Source: an uncultured Eubacteriales bacterium | Lineage (GTDB): Bacteria > Bacillota > Clostridia > Oscillospirales > Acutalibacteraceae | Reading direction: 5' to 3' | Length of the DNA stretch: 64,000 nucleotides | Assembly (NCBI GenBank): GCA_964398395.1 | Contig: CAYNMU010000001.1 | Coordinates: forward strand, 4,233 to 68,232 | In this document: positions 10,149 to 18,210 of the stretch, piece after piece | Layout of the letters: the number at the start of each line of letters is the position of its first letter | Numbering within the stretch: position 1 is the stretch's first letter | Program-made: the position numbers and the translations under genes | The notes under the pieces: generated by a model | Seen by the model: only the letters and a program-made list of their open reading frames with translations | What the model was told of the DNA's origin: nothing | Database searches by the model: none

Positions 10149-10353
10149 TAATTGCCTGAATGCATATGCGGAGAAGGATCAAAAATCCGACTCAGCATTT
10201 ACTATATTTAAATTTTTAAAGTATCCTTGCCGGTTAAGCGGCGGAATATTTATTACTTGTTATTATTTACTATTTCTGATATACTCTTTTTCATTGCCGG
10301 AAGAAAAAAGTCGGCAGCAGTTCTGAGAAAATTTCGGGTTGGGAGCTGACTGG

Positions 10354-10890
10354 ATGAGTTTCAATAATATCAAAACAAAAGCAAAAAGATTTGTTTATAA
10401 GCACGGTGAAATATGGAAATTTATTAAATGGTCACTTGTTACGGGTATCGGGGCATCTGGAATCGAACTGATTGTTCATATGCTTCTGTTGAAATTTGTA
10501 TTTGCTTCGTTAAACGAAGTTTCGATAACAAACGCAGTGCTTAATTTTATCGGCGTTCAGTACGCAGGTTATATGTACTCGTACTTAATATCATCTACGG
10601 TCGGCTATACGCTTGCTTTTATATTAAACCGGAAAATCACTTTCAAAGCGAACAGCAACCCGGCAGTTAGCGCAGTTTTTGCAGTTATTTTGGTGGTTAT
10701 TAATATATTTGCAAGTGCGTGGATCGGTTCTGTATTAAGCAATATTTCCGTTGCACACCATTGGGGCAGCATGAGTGATGCAATCATTAAAATTATTACA
10801 ATGACAATTCCATCAATTTGGATCTATCCGGCAAACCGCTTTATTATTCATAGAGTCAATAAAAAACCTGCCGCACAGCCCAACACATAA
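10354..10890 (+). CDS. GtrA-family membrane protein
   Basis: Four-TM small protein with the GtrA-like pattern (FIKWSLVTGIGASGIELIV ... LNRKITFKA). ATG 10354 has GGGAG 8 nt upstream; the track ORF starts at 10339. Confidence 0.7.
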   Translation: MSFNNIKTKAKRFVYKHGEIWKFIKWSLVTGIGASGIELIVHMLLLKFVFASLNEVSITNAVLNFIGVQYAGYMYSYLISSTVGYTLAFILNRKITFKANSNPAVSAVFAVILVVINIFASAWIGSVLSNISVAHHWGSMSDAIIKIITMTIPSIWIYPANRFIIHRVNKKPAAQPNT

Positions 10891-10912
10891 AAATATTTAT
10901 TTGTTAAAAAGT

Positions 10913-10939
10913 CAGCCGGCTCAAATTTTGAGCCGGCTG
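10913..10939. terminator. Bidirectional intrinsic terminator hairpin
   Basis: CAGCCGGCTCAAA/TTTGAGCCGGCTG perfect inverted repeat between the convergent GtrA and zinc-ribbon genes, with A-run and T-rich flanks. Confidence 0.75.
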
Positions 10940-10960
10940 CATAAGTTTTGTATTCAGTTT

Positions 10961-11884
10961 TTATTTATCTTCTTTGGCTTCCTCGGCTCTTGCTTCCAAG
11001 TCGGCATCAGATGTCCCGGCAGGAACACCGGCCTTTGCAAGGGAAACTTCTTCTAAAGCCTTCTCAACCGCGTTTGCAGCTTCATCCTCGGATACATGAG
11101 TTTGCAGTGAAAGAACATCTATTCCGGCTGCTTTAGCTGCAAAATATTCCTCGGAAGGGATGCCGCCAATATAGGTTTGTTTATATTTAACTTCAATGCC
11201 AACTTTTGCGATATAAGCATTGATACCAATAACCAAAGCAAAAGCTGCCATTAAAACAAAAATACCAAAGTTTAGGTTGCCGGTATAAGCGCCCGGGAAA
11301 ATAGTGGTAAATGAACTGCTGTAATTCGTGAAAAGGTATGCTGCTGCACCGGTAAGAACAAGACCCAGTGAACTAAGGGTAATGTTTCGTGCCAAGCCCT
11401 TCGGTGAGCATGAAAGAAAGAGTAAGATCAAACTGAAAAGTGAAATTACCGCTGCCAGTAACATGCAAACCATAGCCGCAAAAAAGAAAGTGAATGCGTT
11501 ACCGACAATTTTGGAGCCCATAATCGTAAATAACCCACCGAAATCCATCGCAGAAACCTTCGTGAAAAGTTTAATGGCGCTGATATTAGTCGTAATATCT
11601 ATAAAGGGTGCGAAAATATGTACCTTTGCCCAAGGCAGAAAGAGGCAGGCGAGAGGTAAAACTGTCAAAACAATTCTTGCTATTGCAAACTTTGAACCGG
11701 CATAAGATGCTTTTGCTCTGTCTATCTTCTTTTGAAAATGAGCATGCTCGGATTCTGCTCTGTCCGCATCGGCAAGAAGACGCTCTTCCATACCGTAATA
11801 AACAAGGTTAACTCCGCAGTTCGGACAATTGGGTCTCCAATCCGTTAATTTCAGATGATGGCCGCACTTGAGACAGTTTGCCAT
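10961..11884 (-). CDS. Zinc-ribbon-headed polytopic membrane protein, function unknown
   Basis: 307-aa ORF. N-terminal CxxC-x13-CxxC (CLKCGHH...CPNCG), a charged helix, about 5-6 TM helices, and an acidic Ala/Glu-rich C-terminal tail. GGAGG SD 7 nt upstream. Confidence 0.75.
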   Translation of the reverse strand: MANCLKCGHHLKLTDWRPNCPNCGVNLVYYGMEERLLADADRAESEHAHFQKKIDRAKASYAGSKFAIARIVLTVLPLACLFLPWAKVHIFAPFIDITTNISAIKLFTKVSAMDFGGLFTIMGSKIVGNAFTFFFAAMVCMLLAAVISLFSLILLFLSCSPKGLARNITLSSLGLVLTGAAAYLFTNYSSSFTTIFPGAYTGNLNFGIFVLMAAFALVIGINAYIAKVGIEVKYKQTYIGGIPSEEYFAAKAAGIDVLSLQTHVSEDEAANAVEKALEEVSLAKAGVPAGTSDADLEARAEEAKEDK

Positions 11885-12057
11885 TTTTCTTCCTCCAATA
11901 AAAATAATTAGGTACAGCTAAACCCTATTGGTCTAAATGAATAAAGGGAGTTCTGATAACAATAATAGTTTGCTCTAAGTTACTTTAACATATTGAACAG
12001 TCAAATGCAAGTAAAGATTATATACAAATACAATAAAAATTTTCATCAAGCAAAATT

Positions 12058-13503
12058 TTACTTTGCCGCTTCTTCCGCCAGCTTTTCCCTACGCTCGGCG
12101 AGCTCTTTGAGCATCCGCTTTTGCTTGTCTCCAACCAAATCATAGAAAAAAATCGGAATAATTGAAAACAACCCCAGCAAAGTCGGAACAATTGTGTTCA
12201 TTGCAAAAATTCTGAACTTAACGGCATCGGTCTGCGGGATAATCGCGTTTGTCTGTGAGGTTTTATAGCCGATAACCGAGATAAGCAGAGCTCCCAAAGA
12301 GCGGGCGACCGCGCCGTTAAACTTGCCGATTAAAGTCAGTACCGAAAAGCTCATGCCTTCGGACCTTTGCCCTGTTGTCCATTCCATATAGTCAACCGTG
12401 TCCGCTATCATTTCAGTCGGCACAACAGCATTGACACCGCTGAGGAAGGAAGTTATTGTGCTCTTCAGCATCATGATAGGTATCATAAAACGAAGATCGG
12501 TATATCTTTTAATCGAAAATATAAACATCAAAATATTTAGAACATCATTAAATATTTTGTTGCCGATAATAATTTGTTTGTTGTTGAACTTCTTTTTTAT
12601 TTTGGCAATAAAAGCAAAACTGGCAAACGAAATGATTGTGCCGGGAATTCCGACAATAAGTGTAGCCGAGGCTGAACCGAGAACATCAATAAAGTAATAA
12701 GTTCCGAATATACCGCCTATACCGCCTAGAGAACCTAAAATATTTTGCAAAATAATAAGCTTGAGCGGGGGATTTCTGGTAATGCACTTGTAGCAGTCTT
12801 TCATTTTAGGGGCATCAATAGACTGCACGACCCTTTCCTTAACAAAAATGCCGGCAAGGAAAAACAGCCCCATGCCTATTATGCCGAAAGTCACGCCGGA
12901 AACAAAAAATATTTGCTTAAGGCCTGAATGAACGATATTGTTTTTAGAGAGGTCAATCATAATCGGCATCAATAAGGAGGGAACACCGCCGACAATACTC
13001 GAGATGAAGCGTGCCGCGGTAATGGTTCGGGTTCTGTCGGCAGGGCTCGGCGAAACAGCTGCTGCCATTCCCCAAAAGGGAACATCACTTATTGTGTATA
13101 AAAACTCCCAGCAAAAATAGGTGATTACCATATAAATTACTTTTGAAGGCGCTGTGGTGCTTGGGTTATGCAATAGCATCGGACCCGCGAAAAACATCAC
13201 AGTAGCGATAGCCAGCGGTATCGGAACGCCCAACAAATAGGGGTGCATTTTTCCGAAACGGGTGCGGGTTCTGTCAACAATCGAGCCCATAATCGGATCA
13301 TTGATGGTATCCCATATACCCTCAAAAAACAGCATGGTAGCAACTATTTTAGGGTCAATATTAAATATATTAACATAAAAATAGGTCAGGTATGATGTGA
13401 TAAGGGAAAAACTCATGACCTGGCCGCCGTTTGCAACGCCGAAAATGAAGGTCTCCTTTGTCCCGACATAGCGCCGGTTTGAATCAATAAGGCTCTGCCC
13501 CAT
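12058..13503 (-). CDS. GPH-family (MelB/glycoside-pentoside-hexuronide) cation symporter, MFS superfamily
   Basis: 481-aa, ~12-TM ORF with the GPH-typical N-terminal motif (WDTINDPIMGSIVDRTRTRFGKMHPY). GGAGGG SD 5 nt upstream. Confidence 0.85.
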   Translation of the reverse strand: MGQSLIDSNRRYVGTKETFIFGVANGGQVMSFSLITSYLTYFYVNIFNIDPKIVATMLFFEGIWDTINDPIMGSIVDRTRTRFGKMHPYLLGVPIPLAIATVMFFAGPMLLHNPSTTAPSKVIYMVITYFCWEFLYTISDVPFWGMAAAVSPSPADRTRTITAARFISSIVGGVPSLLMPIMIDLSKNNIVHSGLKQIFFVSGVTFGIIGMGLFFLAGIFVKERVVQSIDAPKMKDCYKCITRNPPLKLIILQNILGSLGGIGGIFGTYYFIDVLGSASATLIVGIPGTIISFASFAFIAKIKKKFNNKQIIIGNKIFNDVLNILMFIFSIKRYTDLRFMIPIMMLKSTITSFLSGVNAVVPTEMIADTVDYMEWTTGQRSEGMSFSVLTLIGKFNGAVARSLGALLISVIGYKTSQTNAIIPQTDAVKFRIFAMNTIVPTLLGLFSIIPIFFYDLVGDKQKRMLKELAERREKLAEEAAK

Positions 13504-13535
13504 ATTGTCCCTCCTTTTCAGTGCGATTTAGAATA

Positions 13536-14267
13536 TCATTTAAACCCGCCGTCAACGCCAATAACCTGACCGGTTATAAAATCAGCCTTATCACATGCTA
13601 AAAAAAGAATAAGCTCCGCTACATCATTTGGGCTGCCGAGTTTGCCTAACGGCGTTTCCGCTTTTAACTGCTCTATTGTCTCTGAGCTGAATCCGGCGTT
13701 CATTGCAGTGTCAATAACACCGGGTGTTATGCAGTTCACCTGAATATTTGAAGGCCCGACCTCTTTCGCCAGTGCCTTAGTCAAACCGATTACAGCTGCC
13801 TTTGAAGCTGAATAATGTACTTCGCAGGAAGCACCTGTAACACCCCAAATCGAGGAGATGTTGATTATTTTTCCTTTTTTTCGGTTTATCATATCCGGCA
13901 ATGCGCATTGACAGCAGTTAAAGCAACCTTTAACATTCACTGCAAACATTGCATCGTAATCAGCTTGAGTAATATCCGTAAAAAGTTTTTGCTGGGCAAT
14001 GCCCGCATTGTTTACTAAAACATCAACACCGCCGAATTTTTCATCACATATTTTAAACATTGTTTGAACTTGAGCCATGTCAGAAATATCACAGGCCACA
14101 GCCAAAGTTTTATAACCAAAAGAACAAAGCTCAAGCTCAAGCGCTTGCGCTTTGTCTTGCGAAGTATGATAGTTGATTATAACATTATAGCCGTTTTCCG
14201 CAAAAAGACGGGCGGCAGCACTGCCGATACCGCCCGAAGCTCCTGTAATTAGTGCTGTTTTATTCAT
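13536..14267 (-). CDS. Short-chain dehydrogenase/reductase (FabG-like)
   Basis: TGASGGIGSA cofactor motif, NNAG, and YSASKAAV catalytic motif. ATG 14267 (MNKTALITG) with GAGGG upstream is preferred to the track start at TTG 14285. Confidence 0.88.
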   Translation of the reverse strand: MNKTALITGASGGIGSAAARLFAENGYNVIINYHTSQDKAQALELELCSFGYKTLAVACDISDMAQVQTMFKICDEKFGGVDVLVNNAGIAQQKLFTDITQADYDAMFAVNVKGCFNCCQCALPDMINRKKGKIINISSIWGVTGASCEVHYSASKAAVIGLTKALAKEVGPSNIQVNCITPGVIDTAMNAGFSSETIEQLKAETPLGKLGSPNDVAELILFLACDKADFITGQVIGVDGGFK

Positions 14268-14291
14268 AATACCCTCAAAATTCAATTTTAT

Positions 14292-15146
14292 TCAAGAAAG
14301 ACCTGCAAGAAGCGTTGTTAAGTCTAAATATCCCTTTGGCACAGTAAATATCGAATCTTCCACAGTATTAGAATAGACAATGTTTTCCAAAATACTGGTT
14401 GTTCCGTCTTTGTTAACAATTTCAATTCTTTTTAGCTCGCCGGCTATAAAATAATATTTTGTTGTTGACTCGCCATTGCTATATGTTTCGCAAACATAAT
14501 CTGCCCCTTTGTATTTAACCTTTGTAGTCCCCAAATACTTTACATTTTCATCATTTTTGTTAATCACATTAGGAAACATGTCTTGAAAATCAGCGGCGGG
14601 CAATTTGGCGTACCCTTTCATGGTTGGGATAATCAAATAAAAATCGGTGCCGGTGGAGAGCATTGTTACCTCTAATTTCTCGGCTCCCATTGCCATGGAA
14701 GTTTTTAATGCGGTCTTTTTACCTGAAACATAAGCTGTTATCGGCACTGTTTCAAGTGTTCCGTTCTGTTCTGTTTGCATTTCAAACTGCATTGTATATT
14801 TGTCGCTGTTAAGGATTTTGCCAAGTGCACCTTCAAGGCTTGAATCAACTGGTTTGCCGTCGGTTCCGGTTGTTACCTCGACTTTTGTGCCCGACGGGAT
14901 GATGCTTTTTGTTACAGTTATTGTTGTACTTAAATCGATGTTTTTAGTGGTGCTTTCAGTGGAAGACTTGGTTGTAACAGCCGCATCCGTATCAGTGGTG
15001 ACTGCAACTTGTGAGGAACTTGTTGCCGATTCGTCTTTTGACGAGACAGTATCCTCAACATCAATTCCAAGCCCGGGGGGTTCCTTGCACGAGCTAAGTA
15101 AAAACAGCATTGAAAATGATATAATTATAATAAGTAACTTTTTCAC
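14292..15146 (-). CDS. Lipoprotein with Ser/Thr-rich linker and a LolA-like/DUF4367-like C-terminal domain (function unknown)
   Basis: GTG start with AAAGGAAG SD. Signal peptide ending in the lipobox LSSC, then a T/S-rich linker and a beta-rich domain. The fold assignment is pattern recognition only. Confidence 0.7.
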   Translation of the reverse strand: MKKLLIIIISFSMLFLLSSCKEPPGLGIDVEDTVSSKDESATSSSQVAVTTDTDAAVTTKSSTESTTKNIDLSTTITVTKSIIPSGTKVEVTTGTDGKPVDSSLEGALGKILNSDKYTMQFEMQTEQNGTLETVPITAYVSGKKTALKTSMAMGAEKLEVTMLSTGTDFYLIIPTMKGYAKLPAADFQDMFPNVINKNDENVKYLGTTKVKYKGADYVCETYSNGESTTKYYFIAGELKRIEIVNKDGTTSILENIVYSNTVEDSIFTVPKGYLDLTTLLAGLS

Positions 15147-15387
15147 AAATTATCTTCCTTTCGGCAAGGCACAGCCTGACAATAGTTTGCTGCAGGGAGA
15201 ATGCTTTTGCAAGAATAACAGTAATCCCGCAATTACTATATGGTTCATAACGATTACAGGATAACTTATTTTTAAAATAAAATCAAGTTTTTACCTTTGA
15301 AAATATTTATCGCAAACTGTTAATCACTTGTGCAATGAGGCACTGCTGCGGTGACTGATTTTTTAATCAACAAATTTGTGAAAAGCC

Positions 15388-15416
15388 TTGCAAAAATACC
15401 AAGACTTATCTATAAT
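15388..15416 (+). promoter_or_regulatory. Sigma-70-type promoter for tRNA-Thr
   Basis: TTGCAA (15388-15393), a 17-nt spacer, then TATAAT (15411-15416), about 22 nt upstream of the tRNA 5' end. Confidence 0.6.
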
Positions 15417-15438
15417 AAAAAAGCGCAAAACTCAATAT

Positions 15439-15513
15439 GCTACTGTGGCTCAATGGCAGAGCAGCTCATTCGTAATGAGCAGGTTGTCAGTTCGATTCTG
15501 ACCAGTAGCTCCA
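15439..15513 (+). tRNA. tRNA-Thr (anticodon CGU)
   Basis: Hand-folded cloverleaf. Acceptor GCTACTG/CAGTAGC, D stem GCTC/GAGC, anticodon stem GCTCA/TGAGC with loop TTCGTAA (anticodon CGT), T arm GTCAG-TTCGATT-CTGAC, discriminator T and encoded CCA. Confidence 0.9.
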
Positions 15514-15514
15514 A

Positions 15515-15559
15515 AATCAACCTTTGAAGCATTTAAAGCTTTAAGGGTTGATTTTGTTT
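15515..15559 (+). terminator. Intrinsic terminator after tRNA-Thr
   Basis: Imperfect ~16-bp hairpin AATCAACCTTTGAAGC/GCTTTAAGGGTTGATT followed by TTTTGTTT. Confidence 0.7.
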
Positions 15560-15661
15560 AATCAAAAAAAGGCTCTTGCGATATAAAAAGCAGGCAGTTA
15601 TATACTTGCCCGCTCAATAAGTTTTATTGTAGATACTAGCCGAAGAAGATGCGGTGATGAA

Positions 15662-16369
15662 TTACAGATTGACCCATATAGCGGGACGCACACCGACATA
15701 AGTATTGTAGACATCATAAAAGTAGCTGCCGATATAGCCGTCAAAGTAGACAATTTCAGCGTTTAATGAATTATTGCCGGGCGACCGCAGCCACCAATAA
15801 CCGTTTCCTAAATAATTATTTTTCTTGCCAAAAGATATTCCGTTGATCTTTGCAAAATCAGTTACCGTTGCTGCACGAGCATTGTCGTTTGTAAAATATT
15901 TATCTGCTTCATAAAGGCTTAACAGGAATACTTTATCATTCGTATCATTTCCGCCCGGTGTTTTATACTCAGGATTATCGTCATTTATTAATTTTGTTGT
16001 GGCAACTGAAAGCTTTTCAGTTGCCGAAAATGCACTGTCAAAAAAAGTAACATTTAACCAGCTTCGCAAGTTGCAAGTCTCCCAAGTAACAGTTCTGTAT
16101 TCTTCATTATATAGCATAACATCAATAATTTTTTCCGAAATCAGGAGTGCTTTACCATTTTCAAAAGCAAGGACACGCCAGGAAATTATTTCTTTGCCGT
16201 TAGCTGCGATATTATCCTGCTCATACTTGCCATATTTTACGATGTCCCCGATGTTAGCTGATTTAATTGCAATAATTTCAGTACTTTTTTTCTTTGTACA
16301 CCCTGAAGTGATTGAAACTAAAATAAACGTGGCAACTAGTATGGCAATATATTTTTTCATTAAATTCAT
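15662..16369 (-). CDS. Lipoprotein, DUF6273-type (lectin-like C-terminal WWLRSPG...GVRPAIW motif), copy 1
   Basis: Signal peptide with a Cys (ITSGC). Conserved blocks YGKYEQDN, ISWRVL, GKALLISEK, RSWLN, NDKVFLLS, YWWLRSPG and GVRPAIWVNL. ATG 16369 has GGAGGA 7 nt upstream; the track ORF starts at 16384. Lies 32 nt downstream of the MORN gene on the same strand. The family name is recalled from memory and not searched. Confidence 0.75.
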   Translation of the reverse strand: MNLMKKYIAILVATFILVSITSGCTKKKSTEIIAIKSANIGDIVKYGKYEQDNIAANGKEIISWRVLAFENGKALLISEKIIDVMLYNEEYRTVTWETCNLRSWLNVTFFDSAFSATEKLSVATTKLINDDNPEYKTPGGNDTNDKVFLLSLYEADKYFTNDNARAATVTDFAKINGISFGKKNNYLGNGYWWLRSPGNNSLNAEIVYFDGYIGSYFYDVYNTYVGVRPAIWVNL

Positions 16370-16401
16370 GAACGGTTCCTCCAAATTAAGCCGCCCCGGT
16401 A

Positions 16402-17907
16402 TTATCCGGCAAATGCGCCATCAATCCATTCTCCGGTTTGTTTAGAGCCATCTGCAAAAGTCATGGTCCCTTGCCCATTTTTAACATCATTTACCCATTC
16501 ACCATAATATATGTCTCCGTTTGCAAAAGTTGCTTTGCCTTGCCCATAGCGTTTGCCATCTATCCATTCGCCAACATATATATCACCGTTTGCTAAAGTA
16601 GCTTTGCCTTGCCCGTTCAATTTGCCATTTATCCATTCGCCAACATATTTACTGCCGTCTGTAGCAAAAAAAGTGCCCTGCCCGTTCGGTAAGCTATCTT
16701 TAGTTTCACCAACATATCTACTGCCGTCCGAATAATTAATAACCCCATCCTTTGCGGTCGTTGGCTGCGTCGTAGTAGTAGGCGGAATGGTTGTAGTTGG
16801 TTTAACGGTTGTCGGGGCTTGTGTTGTTTGTACATTAGTTGTAGGTTTTGCAGTTGTTAGGGGTTTAGTAGTGACAGGCTTTACAGTTGTTTTTGCTTTA
16901 GTTGTAGTTGGTTTGGCGGTGTTCGGCGCTGATGTAGTTGCTATTGTTGTAGGCACGGTGGTTGTAGGCAGCGTTGTGGTAGTCTCAGAAGTTGTTTCAG
17001 GGATGGTCTCAAATTCAATCGTAGCACTTTCAAAATCTGCCATGGTTGTCTCTTCTATTGTTAAGTTGAAAGTATATGGAATAGTTGTTACTGCTGTTGT
17101 TGTCATAATAACTTCAGCCCCATGAAACATTACGCCTTTTACAATGCCGAAAATTAGCAAGCCAACGATAATAGGCACAGCAAACAAGTACCATTTCCGT
17201 TTAATGTTTTCCGGTTCAGGCAGGGGTTCATCTTGTTGCGGGTGTCTGTCTATCATAAAGTGGAGAGGCACCGTATCTTTAGACTGAAACGGCTGCGGCT
17301 CAGCATCGTCAGTATTATTTTCGCTTTTTGTAAGAATTGCAGTCTCAGGTCCTCCAACCTTTTCATCTTTCCATACTCCGGCATAAACCTCTCCGTTTGA
17401 AAAAGTGAGTGTTCCTTTTCCATCGCTATTTCCATTAATAAAAAAGCCGTCATAACTATCACCGTTAGCATAAATAAATATGCCATGGCCGTCGCGTTCG
17501 CCTTTTTTAAAATTTCCTTCATAGATATCGCCGTTCGCATATGTAAACTTGCCTTGTCCGTTTTGATTACTGTTTAAAAACTCACCAACATAGCTATCGC
17601 CGTTAGCATAAATATATGTTCCCTGGCCGGTGCGCAGTCCTTTAAAGTGCTCGCCGATATATTTGCTGCCATTCGCATATGTGAAAGTGCCATGGCCGCT
17701 GTAAATGTCTTCTTCCCATCCGCCGGAATATTCTGAGCCGTCGGCGTATGTGTGGGTGCCTTGCCCTTCGCGGATACCTTCTATTAACTCACCGCTGTAT
17801 TTTTCGCCGTTTGCATAAACAATATTGACTTGCTCTTTGCGATCGCCTTTTTTGTTTCGGCGTTTAAAAACGCCTTCTTTAGAATCGTCACTATCCTTAA
17901 TTCCCAT
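16402..17907 (-). CDS. Bitopic MORN-repeat protein (N-terminal MORN block, TM helix, Thr/Pro-rich stalk, C-terminal MORN block)
   Basis: 501-aa ORF. YxGxWxxGxxxGxG-type MORN repeats at aa ~27-180 and ~388-498. One TM helix (aa 239-261) preceded by KRK. KPTT-type stalk at aa ~303-386. AAGGAGGG SD upstream. Confidence 0.85.
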   Translation of the reverse strand: MGIKDSDDSKEGVFKRRNKKGDRKEQVNIVYANGEKYSGELIEGIREGQGTHTYADGSEYSGGWEEDIYSGHGTFTYANGSKYIGEHFKGLRTGQGTYIYANGDSYVGEFLNSNQNGQGKFTYANGDIYEGNFKKGERDGHGIFIYANGDSYDGFFINGNSDGKGTLTFSNGEVYAGVWKDEKVGGPETAILTKSENNTDDAEPQPFQSKDTVPLHFMIDRHPQQDEPLPEPENIKRKWYLFAVPIIVGLLIFGIVKGVMFHGAEVIMTTTAVTTIPYTFNLTIEETTMADFESATIEFETIPETTSETTTTLPTTTVPTTIATTSAPNTAKPTTTKAKTTVKPVTTKPLTTAKPTTNVQTTQAPTTVKPTTTIPPTTTTQPTTAKDGVINYSDGSRYVGETKDSLPNGQGTFFATDGSKYVGEWINGKLNGQGKATLANGDIYVGEWIDGKRYGQGKATFANGDIYYGEWVNDVKNGQGTMTFADGSKQTGEWIDGAFAG

Positions 17908-18210
17908 GTTATTTAATTACACCCTCCTTTACCTGCCGCGCGGCATATTGGTTGAAATTCATGCGGGTCATTTCCTGCCAGGCTCGTTTGGTTAAGTTAT
18001 TTCGACAGCCTTCCATTCAGTAATTCATGCCTTCAATTAAGAATTTTATCACTTCCAAAATAATATTGCAATAAAAAAATGATGTAATTCATTATAGCAT
18101 TATTATTAAAATTTTGCATTGCAAGCACGGAACAAAAGTGATATAATATCAATTAGCAATTGAAATCTTTTTGAAAAGATTTGAAAAAATCAAAATAGTT
18201 AAAGGAGAAG

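Noticed and set aside
15662-16369. Diversity-generating retroelement targeting the C-terminal lectin-like region of the DUF6273-type lipoproteins.
   Set aside because: The window has no reverse transcriptase gene and no template repeat matching the 3' ends of either paralog. The two paralogs differ throughout their length, not just at adenine-templated positions.
16787-17125. Val/Gly-rich antisense ORFs opposite the Thr-rich stalk regions (this one, plus 41538-41846). Many other track ORFs of 60-150 aa also lie inside larger genes on the opposite strand or in another frame, for example 5137-5601, 6223-6606, 14800-15264, 15999-16445, 26862-27245, 48300-48701 and 61351-61782.
   Set aside because: They lack SDs, have biased or low-complexity composition mirroring the sense gene, and are fully nested in well-supported CDSs.
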